Virus record (IMG/VR): IMGVR_UViG_3300025066_001240
Origin: an uncultured virus (IMG/VR IMGVR_UViG_3300025066_001240)
Taxonomy: Duplodnaviria; Heunggongvirae; Uroviricota; Caudoviricetes
DNA: 64,000 nt
Reading direction: 5' to 3' (one strand)
Made by a program: the position numbers and the translations under genes. The notes beneath the pieces were generated by a model. The model had not been told where the DNA came from and made no database searches. It was given only the letters and a program-made list of their open reading frames with translations. This document shows positions 10,267 through 20,811 of this stretch, in pieces (the first letter of the stretch is position 1; every line of letters begins with the position of its first letter).

Positions 10267-10571
10267 ATTTCTTCAATCCTTTTACTACGATCTTCTATGA
10301 ATAGGTCATAATAGGGTTTATTACACTCTAGCCCGTGAAATTTTGCCCCCCAAGACTTCAGTTGATTCTCTGTGAACTCATGCCAATCGAGTCCACTTCT
10401 ACTACCTCTCGCGGTCCAGTAGATAATCTCATGTCCACCGTCGTATAGGTTGTTGATCTTAGCGATGTTTATGTGGTTGGGTATAGCCTTGTCATAGCAT
10501 TTCTTTCCATCCAGAGCTATATCCTCTTCGTAAAAACAGACGGTCTCGTCTATGTCTACTCTGATCTTCAT
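10263..10571 (-). CDS. Small HAD-superfamily phosphatase (capsule-biosynthesis type)
   Basis: VDIDET (DxD), WTARG, KPYYDLFIED. Confidence 0.8.
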   Translation of the reverse strand: MKIRVDIDETVCFYEEDIALDGKKCYDKAIPNHINIAKINNLYDGGHEIIYWTARGSRSGLDWHEFTENQLKSWGAKFHGLECNKPYYDLFIEDRSKRIEEI

Positions 10572-11266
10572 GCTAAGTTTCTCCTGTGAATTTCCTTAGG
10601 GTCTTCTAGAATTTCTTTAACCTGCTCATAGCTCAGTGGATTGTTGTCCATCGAGAAGGAAGCCGCTGCCTTCTCACATATCTGAGTCTTAATGACGCAC
10701 TCCTCAGCGGTCTTTCCGCAGCAAATGATACCATGATTAGCGAGCAAGATCACCTCTGGAAACGAACCACGCCAACGAGAGATAGCTTCAGATAATGCTA
10801 GAGCCAATGGTTCACCGGGCATAGCGTAGGGAACTACACAGGATTTCCGACCGTTGAACACTACTTGATCTGGAAAGAATCTATCATTGGCGAATGTGTA
10901 CATTTTATCTGCGTTACACACGATCTTCAAGCAGTTTAAGGGGTGGGTATGTGCTATGAAGTTAACCTTAGGGTTTTCCTTGTATATGTAAGCGTGTAGA
11001 GCACTCTCCATACTGGGTTTCAGATGTGATTCTTCTGGGTTTCCGTCTTTATCGCAGCAAATGAAGTCTCCGCATGAGATTCTCTTAAAAGATTTTCCAC
11101 TGGCTTTTACCGTAAAACCATCTTTTAAGGTTAGTGGGTAAAAAGCGTCTCTACGTGATGTATTTCCCTCTGTACCTACTACAAATGGCTCCAGTGCCAG
11201 TGTCATATCTACAATGTCCATCATTGCGACTTGTTTCATTCTCTCTTCAAATTCGAAATTCATCAT
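10568..11266 (-). CDS. Class II aldolase/adducin family protein
   Basis: EGNTS, KPSMESALH, AHTHP, LANHGII. Confidence 0.85.
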   Translation of the reverse strand: MMNFEFEERMKQVAMMDIVDMTLALEPFVVGTEGNTSRRDAFYPLTLKDGFTVKASGKSFKRISCGDFICCDKDGNPEESHLKPSMESALHAYIYKENPKVNFIAHTHPLNCLKIVCNADKMYTFANDRFFPDQVVFNGRKSCVVPYAMPGEPLALALSEAISRWRGSFPEVILLANHGIICCGKTAEECVIKTQICEKAAASFSMDNNPLSYEQVKEILEDPKEIHRRNLA

Positions 11267-11997
11267 TGTTCTTTCCTCATGTAAGCAGTCGGAGCGAACC
11301 AATCGGTAGAGTGTACGTTGTATTTAAGACCCTTATCTTTCAGGAATTTCTCTACACCAACGCTCTCGCTAAATAGATGATATTCATATTCGTCGAACAG
11401 AATTACGCCTCCGGGTAATAGCCTGTCCCATAGGTTCATTAACGCATGGTATGTTGGACGCTCAATATCTACATCAATATAGATCAAGGATGCCCTGAAG
11501 CCGGGGTTATCTTCTAAGAACTTAGGCATGGTCTCCTGTACGTCACCCTTAATCAGTTTGACTTTGTCAACAACACCCTCTGAAATGCCTAACAGTCGAT
11601 CATTTACAACCTCTAAGGATAATTCATCGTTATCTACCTTGCTGTAGACGGCCTCTATACTGTTCTTGTCGATCTCTGTGTCTTTATTATTGAGGATGAA
11701 ACTGCCTTCACTGGGGTCAAATATGTCAAACCCAACGATTTTCTTATTAGAGTTGGGAATGAACACTTCTAGGAACTTGACAAACGTTGCTACTCCAGAC
11801 CCCTTAAACACCCCTACTTCCACTATGTCACCGGCTAGGTGTTTGGTCTCTTGAAAGAAGTGAAAGCGATGGAGTAGCTTACCGATCAGCTTGATATCGC
11901 TGGAGAATATGAACTTGTTGAAAGCCTCATAAACATCATCAGAAATACAGTTCTTGGAGTTGTTGTTACAAATGTCTATTTGGTTATACTGATTCAT
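11263..11997 (-). CDS. TylF/MycF-family O-methyltransferase
   Basis: GDIVEVGVFKG, GFDIF, LIKGDV, IDVD, GGVILFDEY. Confidence 0.85.
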   Translation of the reverse strand: MNQYNQIDICNNNSKNCISDDVYEAFNKFIFSSDIKLIGKLLHRFHFFQETKHLAGDIVEVGVFKGSGVATFVKFLEVFIPNSNKKIVGFDIFDPSEGSFILNNKDTEIDKNSIEAVYSKVDNDELSLEVVNDRLLGISEGVVDKVKLIKGDVQETMPKFLEDNPGFRASLIYIDVDIERPTYHALMNLWDRLLPGGVILFDEYEYHLFSESVGVEKFLKDKGLKYNVHSTDWFAPTAYMRKEQ

Positions 11998-12592
11998 TTA
12001 GTATCCTCACTATTTTTTGTGAACTCTCGTTGTCATTAACAATTTGAACAGACTGCGTTTGTTTTTTATCCCAGAAATACGTTAAGATGATATCTGCGAC
12101 CTCTTTCTGTGGTAGAATGTAATTCTGGAACTCAATTTCCCTACTCTTAATCTTAGCCATTATGTCGTCTATTTGATAGCCACGATATTTGAAGTCCCTC
12201 TCCAGCTTCCACAGGTATTTGAGGTTCTTCTCCGTGTCTATGAAGATCTTTACGTCGGCAGAGATATGTAGTGTGTGGAGGCCGCTTACAATGATTGTTT
12301 TCTCTGGACTTATTGCTTGTGTCTCAGTAAATGTCCCAAGGGTATGATCATAGTCTCGTTGGGAAATTTCCTTGCCATTCCTTAGTTGCTCAACGTTGCT
12401 GGCCATTAAGTCTAGATGGTTTGCCAACGGATTGAGGGGCGTGTAATACTTCCAGTGGTAGTCACTTCTCTCCCACTTGTGGTATCTGTCGCACTCAAGG
12501 ACCATAGAGTGGTCTATACGAGACAGTAACTGAGCGGCCAGCGTGGTCTTACCGCTACCAGAGTCTCCGCAGATAGCTATGACATTATTCAT
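11984..12592 (-). CDS. Phosphoribulokinase/uridine kinase family P-loop kinase
   Basis: ICGDSGSGKTT, CDRYHKWER, YDHTLGTFT, GLH, RD..RGY, YILPQK. Confidence 0.85.
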   Translation of the reverse strand: MNNVIAICGDSGSGKTTLAAQLLSRIDHSMVLECDRYHKWERSDYHWKYYTPLNPLANHLDLMASNVEQLRNGKEISQRDYDHTLGTFTETQAISPEKTIIVSGLHTLHISADVKIFIDTEKNLKYLWKLERDFKYRGYQIDDIMAKIKSREIEFQNYILPQKEVADIILTYFWDKKQTQSVQIVNDNESSQKIVRILNESV

Positions 12593-13814
12593 TCATCATC
12601 TGCTTAAATTGTTCAAGGTTCATAGTCCATTCAGAATTTAACCCTTTATCTAAGAGTTTTAAGTCTTCTTCACGTACTAGCTTTCTACGGTAACTTGCTT
12701 GAAGATTCCATCCAGCGACCCTCTGTTGATCTAGATACTTCAGTCCGATCATGCCCGACGCATCACCCTTCCTCATACAAATTTCCCCAATATTACCCTG
12801 ACCGTCAGTCGCCCTCATATGGTTCTTGTGAGTGCCCTTCTCGACATGTTCAGTGTCTATAAACATCCTAGTGCCCACAGGAAGCACATGAGTAAACCTT
12901 AGGTTTACATCAAGAAAAGTGGGAGACAGAATACATTCAATCTCAGTTGTCTCTGGACAAAATAGTGTATTTATCATCCCTCCACCAATAGCACCAACCA
13001 CATGTGTAGCCTGCTTGAAAACCCCTATCTTCTCTTCCGTAGACATGGTTTCCGTGAACACTTCAGTATAACCTATGGATTCAAGAAAGTCAACCAGTTC
13101 GCCCTCATTTTCCAAACGTCTCCGTGTGGTGTAGTCTGTTCCTATATTAGATTTGTCATTATGCTTCCACGAGCGTCTGGATATGTATAGCTTTTGTCCA
13201 TAGTTTGTGTTGGGCTTGATATCCTTCGCTATATTTTTGAGTAGGTCATACACCTCTGCTCTTGGTGGAGCGTTGGAGTCGTGTCCATGCGTGTAGGATT
13301 CCGACATTAGTAGTGTCCCATACCTCACACCAAATTTTGCGAAGAGAACATCTTTTTCCATGTCAATCCCAGCCAATTCCAGAAACTCTACTACAAATGG
13401 GTACAGCTTACGAGCCTCCGCGTTTGGATAAGTCATTAGAAGCCGGAGGTTTGGATGAGTCTTCTTCATCTTGAAGTACGAAATCAGGTACGGCATCGTG
13501 TCGTATAGGAAGTGGTAGTAGTTATCCGTGTTGTACATGAAGAAAAACACGGGATCTGTGACTACACGGTGACAGTTGGGAGCTACATCTTCGAATAAGC
13601 TCTCTTCCCACAAACCTTGTAAAGACATAACCCGCTCATTAATAGGGTTGTAGACTTTATCATCCTCGGGGGATAGCACTCTTGTGTTTGGGTATATCAG
13701 ATCACCGACTAATTCCGCGTTGTATATCTGATACACGTTGATATATCTACTGTTAACATCTGTATCAAATAGTCGATAGTGTTTGTCAATACTACTAAGT
13801 CTATGAACTCTCAT
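12585..13814 (-). CDS. Glycosyltransferase family 61-like
   Basis: NYYHFLYD, LYISRR, RRLENE, VVGAIGGGMIN. Confidence 0.8.
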   Translation of the reverse strand: MRVHRLSSIDKHYRLFDTDVNSRYINVYQIYNAELVGDLIYPNTRVLSPEDDKVYNPINERVMSLQGLWEESLFEDVAPNCHRVVTDPVFFFMYNTDNYYHFLYDTMPYLISYFKMKKTHPNLRLLMTYPNAEARKLYPFVVEFLELAGIDMEKDVLFAKFGVRYGTLLMSESYTHGHDSNAPPRAEVYDLLKNIAKDIKPNTNYGQKLYISRRSWKHNDKSNIGTDYTTRRRLENEGELVDFLESIGYTEVFTETMSTEEKIGVFKQATHVVGAIGGGMINTLFCPETTEIECILSPTFLDVNLRFTHVLPVGTRMFIDTEHVEKGTHKNHMRATDGQGNIGEICMRKGDASGMIGLKYLDQQRVAGWNLQASYRRKLVREEDLKLLDKGLNSEWTMNLEQFKQMMNE

Positions 13815-14563
13815 AATTCACCCTTGTTTTCCCAGTAAAATGGCTCAGTTGTGTGTAGGGGCGGCTTAGGGTTCTTCAACACTAGTGGTCGTGGGTTAAT
13901 CCCATGCTGCTGACCATTAGTGGGATCTATCTCATATTTGACCCCGTGAACAAAATCAAGATTGAACTGAGTGTATTTAGTGTTCACTTTCTTAATATTC
14001 TGTAGTACATTTTCTGCGTCTACATGGTTGATGATATTTGGTACTTGTATTGACTTTATAGTTCCCCCATCAGACTGGACACCAATTTGCCACTCCATGT
14101 CGCCGTCTTCTTCGCCAACCCCTAAAAATCTCTCATCAAACCAGTTTAATGCGGAGATGATCCTTCTATCCAGCGTGGCGTGGCTCCAACTGCCGTTGAT
14201 CTTAAAAAACCCATCTGATTCTAGGATTCCCTCTAGGGCATCAAAAAACGCTTCATTGGTAATAGAAACATCGTCGTTTAACAGTAATACATGATGATTA
14301 CTAGCGTTGATTAATAGGTTGTTCCATAATTTGGCTAACGATCTGAACTCTGGATGTATATTGGGAAAGATATTGGAATATTCACTAATGAATTTCAGAA
14401 TATCGGCCCTGTAAGTTTGATTGAAATCAGCTTTATACTCTCCATTGATAGCAACCATTATCTCAATGTCTGGACGGAACTCTTTGATCTGCTTAATGAG
14501 AGGCTTAAAGAACTTCTCGAACCGATGTTCAAACGTTACTATTCCTATTGAATATTTAATCAC
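13811..14563 (-). CDS. Glycosyltransferase family 2-like
   Basis: LLLNDD, FDERFLGVGEEDGD. Confidence 0.75.
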   Translation of the reverse strand: MIKYSIGIVTFEHRFEKFFKPLIKQIKEFRPDIEIMVAINGEYKADFNQTYRADILKFISEYSNIFPNIHPEFRSLAKLWNNLLINASNHHVLLLNDDVSITNEAFFDALEGILESDGFFKINGSWSHATLDRRIISALNWFDERFLGVGEEDGDMEWQIGVQSDGGTIKSIQVPNIINHVDAENVLQNIKKVNTKYTQFNLDFVHGVKYEIDPTNGQQHGINPRPLVLKNPKPPLHTTEPFYWENKGEL

Positions 14564-15269
14564 TTGTAATCCTTTCTCTAGGGAACCCTAGGGCTTTTCT
14601 TTGCTCGTACACCTGAGCGTCCCGACCTGAGTAATGTAGGGTTTTCTGAACCGCTAGATCCACTTCGTTATGGTTCTGAGAACCCTCAATACTCCAATGC
14701 TCGTGGCTAACAATAACCTTGTCAATATACTGTTCTTGGCCCATTCTGCGAACTTCGTCTGTGAATTCGTTGTCGCAGTAGAGGCTTTTGTAGTCTGGGT
14801 GGTAGATGTATCCAAATTCGTCATACAGCTTTTTCCCCATAATTGAGAAGGTGATGAGTTCGCCATTAGTATTACCGTCATCGAAGTGGACACAGCCATC
14901 TAAATCAGGGAAGTGCTCCATCATAGCATGTGAGATTTCCCTGTCCCAATTTTCTACCTGTGGAACCATATCATCGCTAGCACAAACAACTACATCCCAA
15001 CCATCCTTAGGAATATGATTGTTGATAGCACTGATCTTCTCAGTATTCTCGTCGTAGTAGATAGTTCCGTGTGTATTGGGTTTGTGGCCCAGTAATAAAC
15101 GAATAATACGACCCTCCACATACTCACTTGTCATAGTCGAATCAGACGTGTCGCAATTGATGTTAAAAGTAATTTCATTCTCATCGCTACACAACTCCAC
15201 GTACTTAGACAGTACGTCAATGAATTTAGAAGCCCGACCGTATGTGGGAAATTGTACTAGGATTCTCAT
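14556..15269 (-). CDS. Glycosyltransferase family 2-like
   Basis: FPTYGR, ASDDMVP, YKSLYCDNE, HEH. Confidence 0.75.
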   Translation of the reverse strand: MRILVQFPTYGRASKFIDVLSKYVELCSDENEITFNINCDTSDSTMTSEYVEGRIIRLLLGHKPNTHGTIYYDENTEKISAINNHIPKDGWDVVVCASDDMVPQVENWDREISHAMMEHFPDLDGCVHFDDGNTNGELITFSIMGKKLYDEFGYIYHPDYKSLYCDNEFTDEVRRMGQEQYIDKVIVSHEHWSIEGSQNHNEVDLAVQKTLHYSGRDAQVYEQRKALGFPRERITSD

Positions 15270-16160
15270 TTAGATCTCCTTAATGGCGTCTGGGAAGTGA
15301 CCCTGCATAACTTCAACCTTGGCGGTCATTTCTTCGTCTCCGAGATGCTTCATAAGGGTTGTGGCACGATGAAACGGCGTGTGATTACTCTTCATTTGAT
15401 TCTTGATCTGTAGAGCCATATCCTCTTTAGACCCCGTGTCGTTGAATATTTCTACTAGGAACTTTTCAAACGTTTCCGTGTCATCTGTTTTGACTACAAC
15501 ATTAGGAGCGTTTACGGTTAGGTCGAAGAACAACTGAGATGAACAGAAATCCATATCTCCCACGAGTGTGAATGAATTGTACTTCTTGTAGAGTTCGTGA
15601 GCAGAGACCGCGTTAGATCGAATATCAAACTTAGAATCTATTTCGCCATTGGTAAACTGAACCAAGTGGTAAACTCCGCCGTCTTTGATCTCGTGCTGTA
15701 CTGAGTCATCGTGTGTTTTGGCGAAGATGGCCCTAGGGCATAGTGGCTTAACATACTCAGAACGCTGAATAGCGAATAAATCAAAAGCCGGAAGAATTCT
15801 TTCGTACCTGATATTCGTTTTTGGGTTCTCGCTTAACGAGTTGGTAAAGACAAATGGGACATTGAGATTCTTTGCGGTCACAAACTTCTCAAAATCAGCG
15901 ATTTGAGATTCAGACATACCAGCAGCGTTTACAACTAATTGAATTTGGTTATTCTGTTCCAGATACTTGACAATATCGGGAGTGATCATTGTGTAGTGGG
16001 ATATAAACACTTCTGGCTGTAGAGTGTCAAATATGTCAAATGCACTGATTCGACTGTCATTCCAAAGGTGTGCGTCTACACCGCAGTGTTGAAGGGCGAC
16101 CGTTAAGTACCTTGGTTCCGTAGTCAGTTCGCCCGAATAGTCATGAAACAAGATTTTCAT
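15270..16160 (-). CDS. Hypothetical protein (possibly degenerate GT-B fold)
   Basis: 296-aa coupled ORF; C-terminal NHTPFHRA resembles the HT..HR end of CgeB-like GTs. Confidence 0.55.
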   Translation of the reverse strand: MKILFHDYSGELTTEPRYLTVALQHCGVDAHLWNDSRISAFDIFDTLQPEVFISHYTMITPDIVKYLEQNNQIQLVVNAAGMSESQIADFEKFVTAKNLNVPFVFTNSLSENPKTNIRYERILPAFDLFAIQRSEYVKPLCPRAIFAKTHDDSVQHEIKDGGVYHLVQFTNGEIDSKFDIRSNAVSAHELYKKYNSFTLVGDMDFCSSQLFFDLTVNAPNVVVKTDDTETFEKFLVEIFNDTGSKEDMALQIKNQMKSNHTPFHRATTLMKHLGDEEMTAKVEVMQGHFPDAIKEI

Positions 16161-16906
16161 TGTTCAGTAATCCTCTTAAAAGTCTTTATGTTATCCACTT
16201 TGATAATTTGTTCATCTTTATTTTCTGAGAGGAAAAGTTGCCTTCTCCCACGCCAAGCATTAATAGCCTCAAACAGAAACTTGGTCTTTAGTTCTGGTTT
16301 GGAAATAGTGTTATAGAATGATCTAATCATAGCTTCACCATTAAGGTAAAGTAGGTCTGTCCACACTTTATCTTTCACCGCTAAGGCGAGATTCTCCAGA
16401 CGGTCATTATTGCTGATGACACCAATATCAAAAGAAGATTCTTTAGAACTCTTCTGATAGGGTATAGACGATTTCTTGATGCTCAGAGATCTCAAGTAAG
16501 GAATAGTGAGTAGTACACCCCCTCCACAGACGATAATTTTGTCATTCCTAGTGTTGTTCATACACAACCGAAGACCCTCACAACAGTTACTGTGATAATA
16601 TACCTGATTCTCAACAATGCGAATGGGGACACTTGGAGCAAAGTTTGCCTGAACGAACTGGTAGATCTTTTGGGTCTCAAATCCAGAGCATAAGATGATT
16701 TCGAAGTCAATAAATGCCGCCTCAATGGCGTGAATTTGGTGCTCTAAGAGGGTTTTTTCTCCAATATTGATTAGGGAGACTGGACCGTATGATTTCATAC
16801 GGTAGCCATAGTTTTCTGCTAAGAATATGAATGTAACCTTTTCATCACGCTTCAACCCCGGATTGTCTGTCTTAGCACTCGTTATGTATCGGCTATTTTG
16901 TTTCAT
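16157..16906 (-). CDS. Nucleotidyltransferase-like protein (LicC/MobA-like)
   Basis: FLAENYGYRMKSYGPVSLINI..TLLEHQI; VENQ.Y. Confidence 0.7.
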   Translation of the reverse strand: MKQNSRYITSAKTDNPGLKRDEKVTFIFLAENYGYRMKSYGPVSLINIGEKTLLEHQIHAIEAAFIDFEIILCSGFETQKIYQFVQANFAPSVPIRIVENQVYYHSNCCEGLRLCMNNTRNDKIIVCGGGVLLTIPYLRSLSIKKSSIPYQKSSKESSFDIGVISNNDRLENLALAVKDKVWTDLLYLNGEAMIRSFYNTISKPELKTKFLFEAINAWRGRRQLFLSENKDEQIIKVDNIKTFKRITEQ

Positions 16907-17672
16907 ATTTTTGGTATAGCTTCTGTTCCTGCGACATAACCCTAACGCTATCTACCATTTTCTTGTAATTTCGGTGTTCTAAGTACAGATTGTTCACCAC
17001 TACCTTGTGGATAATTGAAAATCCATCACCCTCATACATCACGTTGCTAAGTACTTCGTCGTTTTGGGATTTGTCAATGATATTGAAAATGTCTGGCGGC
17101 AAGACACTACCAGACTTGATGTTCACAAAGTAAGCCGCTTCAATCAGCTTATTAAACACGTCACTGTCTCTAATTCTGATTGTGTCTATTACATGAAAAA
17201 TAGCACACGAGGTGTACATCGTCTCCTGTATGACATTGACCATATTAGACACTTCGTTTGCACCGCGTTTGTCAAATGTGGATATGACCAATTTCATTTT
17301 TCCCACTGGATAATCCATAGCAAGCACTGAATCAACAGTACGCTGTAGATCTTCTAGGGTACTACTTGGGTGATCATAGATAGCAATTCCAAACAAGGGC
17401 ATAATTTCCCTGCGTGCCTTGTCCTTGTCGTCACCGTTTAGGTCTACCCAGTCTGAACCCCTGTACATATTACAGAACTTACTCAGATTGTAGTAGGGTT
17501 GTCCAACGGTCATAGCGGCCTCATGCCTCACCTTAAACAGGTCTATACGATCAGCCCTGCATCCAGTCTGAACTTGTGGGAACAGTAGTCCAGAAGCACC
17601 AAAAACAGTATTAGGGTGCTCTGAATATTCGGCAAAAGTACAACCTTTACAGTTTGTAGTTGCCTCACTCAT
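16893..17672 (-). CDS. Hypothetical protein, Cys-rich N-terminus plus GT2-like domain
   Basis: CKGC..C..C; LQRTVDSVLAMDYP. Confidence 0.55.
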   Translation of the reverse strand: MSEATTNCKGCTFAEYSEHPNTVFGASGLLFPQVQTGCRADRIDLFKVRHEAAMTVGQPYYNLSKFCNMYRGSDWVDLNGDDKDKARREIMPLFGIAIYDHPSSTLEDLQRTVDSVLAMDYPVGKMKLVISTFDKRGANEVSNMVNVIQETMYTSCAIFHVIDTIRIRDSDVFNKLIEAAYFVNIKSGSVLPPDIFNIIDKSQNDEVLSNVMYEGDGFSIIHKVVVNNLYLEHRNYKKMVDSVRVMSQEQKLYQKYETK

Positions 17673-18091
17673 TACTTGACCCTCTTAGCTTTGATCTCGT
17701 AATGTAGGCCGTTAATGTGAGAGGAGACGATCTCTAACCCCAAACTCATCAACATCTCTCTGACGGCATGGACAGAGGTCATTGAGTTGTTCTGTGACAC
17801 CACGCTGGAAGCATCTTCTGGAGCGATTAAGCCGTTGGCAACCGCTTTTACGAAAGCACGCAATTCTGTACCCCCAACAACAAGTTCTCCGTTGATTCTC
17901 AACTTAGACCGTAATGCCCCTAAGATCTCTCCGCTGTGATTGATGGAGAAGGAATCCATAACATCGGACGCTAGGATAAATTCACACTCATTAGCAGTAA
18001 TGCTTCCTAGGTCCAAACTATCGTTGTTAACAGTTATTATTTGATATCCGTCAATAGCTTCCTGTATACCACGAATAATTTGTAACTTCAT
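17672..18091 (-). CDS. Small methyltransferase-like protein
   Basis: ILASDVMD..LRSKLRINGELVVGG resembles class I MTase post-II motifs. Confidence 0.5.
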   Translation of the reverse strand: MKLQIIRGIQEAIDGYQIITVNNDSLDLGSITANECEFILASDVMDSFSINHSGEILGALRSKLRINGELVVGGTELRAFVKAVANGLIAPEDASSVVSQNNSMTSVHAVREMLMSLGLEIVSSHINGLHYEIKAKRVK

Positions 18092-19074
18092 TATTTCCTC
18101 ACCTCTGTAACAGTGTCAAAAATTGAATTCCACTCTTTGATATAGCGTTCTTCACCGAACTTCTCTTTAATAGTTTCTCGTCCAGCTAACCCAATTTCCT
18201 TCGCTTTCGCCGGGTCTTTGAGCAGCATCTCGATCCTCTCACGTAGGACGCTCTCATCGTTCGAGATATAGCCGTTAACGCCATCTTCGATGATATTGGG
18301 TATCTCACACGTCGCCATCGTAACTACCGCACAGCCGCAAGCCATAGCCTCCAGCATTGATGTGGGTACAGGACTGAGTGTACTTGGATTGATATAGATA
18401 GATGAACCTTGATATGCCCCAATTAATTCCTCGACTGACTCGCTTTGTTCTGATAATCCGGGGGTCTCGCCAATAACAACCGTAGGCAGACCCTTAGTGA
18501 TACGATCCCAACCCTTATAATTTAGGGCGTAATCGCGGTTCACAAAGTCGTGAGCAACCGTTAGAACGGTGTCTAACCGAACATCTTCTTCCTCTGGAAG
18601 ACAGAATAGGTCGGTATCGATTGAGTGATATACAACCTCTCCGGGTATCCCCCAGGAACGCTTAGAGTATTCAGTAATGAATACGTTTACATCACCCTTC
18701 ATTTGTCGAAAAGCAGCTAGTTGATCGCTGGGCCAATTCGGTAGTGGCAACGTGTGCTCAAGACACAGAATGGGCAACTGTAGTTTCTGGTTGATTTCCA
18801 TAGCTGTTTGAAACTGTCCAAACTTACTATTCACGAAGATGAAGTCGAAAACAACACCCTGATACATGGAGTTTTTTGGAAGTTGGTAGTAATTCTCAGG
18901 CATGGGAGCGTGGCCGTCATACCAATCTTTACCGCCATCATAGTTGAAGGCATAAAAGTTATGCCCAGTCTTAGCAACTTGGGTCTGGTAACGCTCGTGC
19001 GTATTGAACGTGAGAATATTGTACTTGTCCGACGTTCTACCTACGTCGTTAAGGATGTTCAGCGATCTAAACAC
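18091..19074 (-). CDS. Glycosyltransferase family 4
   Basis: SIDTDLF, PTSMLEAMACGCAVV, IIEDGVNG. Confidence 0.88.
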   Translation of the reverse strand: MFRSLNILNDVGRTSDKYNILTFNTHERYQTQVAKTGHNFYAFNYDGGKDWYDGHAPMPENYYQLPKNSMYQGVVFDFIFVNSKFGQFQTAMEINQKLQLPILCLEHTLPLPNWPSDQLAAFRQMKGDVNVFITEYSKRSWGIPGEVVYHSIDTDLFCLPEEEDVRLDTVLTVAHDFVNRDYALNYKGWDRITKGLPTVVIGETPGLSEQSESVEELIGAYQGSSIYINPSTLSPVPTSMLEAMACGCAVVTMATCEIPNIIEDGVNGYISNDESVLRERIEMLLKDPAKAKEIGLAGRETIKEKFGEERYIKEWNSIFDTVTEVRK

Positions 19075-20185
19075 TTAGTGCCTCCTTCATTTTTTCCCCA
19101 ATGGTTTCAAGAGAAAAATGTAATAATTGCTCTCTAGCCTCTGGTATAAATTCTGTGTCTTTCAAAAATTTGTCACCACACCAAAGGTTGTACATCATAC
19201 GCATAGACCGTTTGATGTTACGCTCATCGGGCTTAATCCAGTAATCATTACCATTATTGACACCTCCAAAAATTCCACTCTCAGACTGTACTACTTGATA
19301 GACAGAATTTATTGAGTTACACGAACCCTGTAGGTATTCATTAACCGCCCCATTATTAGACACTATAGGGGTATTCCCAAATCCGGCGGCGTCTATTTCA
19401 GCTAATGGAAAAGTTATATCCGTATTACAACTCACATAGCAGTCACAGTACTGGTGTAACTCATACAAGTTTACATCGGTAAGTTCTGGTGCCGAGATAA
19501 CAATCTCTCTATTGTAAAGATCTGAACTGGTTTCCAGTCTTAAAAGAGACTTGACACTGTCTGACAAATCGTTCAGAAATTTGAGTTCTTTGTGGCTGTC
19601 TGATGACTGTGGCTTCATGCGTATCACTAAGCTGACATTATCATTTGCATCAAACTCTGAATGGAATGCTGCCAAAATCCAATTAAGACCCTGAGAATCA
19701 CCCATAGACGCAAACGTGTAGAACTTGAAGGTGCCTTCCGCTTCTTTGATAGACAACTCTTTGTATCTTCGGCTATACACGTCGGTGTCTACAGCAAGCG
19801 GAACGATCCTAATCCTTTTGTCTATATCCTGTAGGGGTACAGAAGAGACGGAAAATGGAGTCCAGATCTCATCCATCATCTCTAGTCGTTCCATCCAAAT
19901 AGAATGTTTAAGCTCGACAAAATTATTAGCCAAAAGCCCTATGTTTTTCTCAAATTTTCCAGTGCCCACCATATGTTCTGGAAACACATGTTGAATACAG
20001 TGGGTCGCATCCCCAATGTCTTTGTCTTCAAGATGAGCGATGGCTTTTGGGGTTTGGGTGTGGCCCAGTTCAATACTGCGACAGACAACGTCAACACCCG
20101 CACTTTCCAATGCTCGGATGTTATTAACCGTCTGCTTTCCCCAGTCGCTCTTTTCCTTGTAGTATCCTATGTATAATACCTTCAT
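19067..20185 (-). CDS. Glycosyltransferase family 4-like
   Basis: DEIWTP, VPLAVDT, CDCYVS..IDAAGFGNTPI. Confidence 0.75.
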   Translation of the reverse strand: MKVLYIGYYKEKSDWGKQTVNNIRALESAGVDVVCRSIELGHTQTPKAIAHLEDKDIGDATHCIQHVFPEHMVGTGKFEKNIGLLANNFVELKHSIWMERLEMMDEIWTPFSVSSVPLQDIDKRIRIVPLAVDTDVYSRRYKELSIKEAEGTFKFYTFASMGDSQGLNWILAAFHSEFDANDNVSLVIRMKPQSSDSHKELKFLNDLSDSVKSLLRLETSSDLYNREIVISAPELTDVNLYELHQYCDCYVSCNTDITFPLAEIDAAGFGNTPIVSNNGAVNEYLQGSCNSINSVYQVVQSESGIFGGVNNGNDYWIKPDERNIKRSMRMMYNLWCGDKFLKDTEFIPEAREQLLHFSLETIGEKMKEALSV

Positions 20186-20811
20186 TTTGTTCTCCTAATT
20201 GCCCAGTCTGGAAATGGAATTTCATCGCTAACTAGGGCACATAGTTCTAGTCCCGATTGTTCGTTCAAAAATTCGTCTACAGCCTGTTTAATTCCGTAAC
20301 CCAATTGATTATTGTAGGTTATACCCTCTTGGGTGAACTCTCTATCCACGCTTATATAGTCATGTCCACCGAGAATACCTTCCGGTTGTACCTTTTCGTG
20401 GTAATCCTGTAGGTCTTGCTTTACAGACTCATATAGATGACAACCGTCTAAATATACAAAGTCAAAATATCCAGTTTGAAAATTATTCACTAGATCGTGT
20501 GAGTACCCACGATGTAAATGGACAATACCCATCTGAATTTCTTTCTCATACCTCTTTCGTATAGCTTCTTGCATACTAACATTACTATGGGCGGTTGGGG
20601 TGTTTCTCATGTGACCTTCTGAATAAACCTTACCATTCCACGGATTGACCTCCCAGGGGTCCAGTAGATGCAATTCTTCAGGCTCAAGTACTGCCATAAT
20701 ACGCTCAGAGAAGTGTCCAGCTTCTACTCCAACTTCCAACACACTTGGATTGTCAGGTAGCAATTCTTTCATGTATGCTAGATAAGCGTCTCTATCCTGT
20801 AACGTTTTCAT
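20182..20811 (-). CDS. Class I SAM-dependent methyltransferase (Methyltransf_24-like)
   Basis: LEVGVEAG, LDPW, FDFVYLDGCHLYE, GILGGHDY. Confidence 0.85.
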   Translation of the reverse strand: MKTLQDRDAYLAYMKELLPDNPSVLEVGVEAGHFSERIMAVLEPEELHLLDPWEVNPWNGKVYSEGHMRNTPTAHSNVSMQEAIRKRYEKEIQMGIVHLHRGYSHDLVNNFQTGYFDFVYLDGCHLYESVKQDLQDYHEKVQPEGILGGHDYISVDREFTQEGITYNNQLGYGIKQAVDEFLNEQSGLELCALVSDEIPFPDWAIRRTK

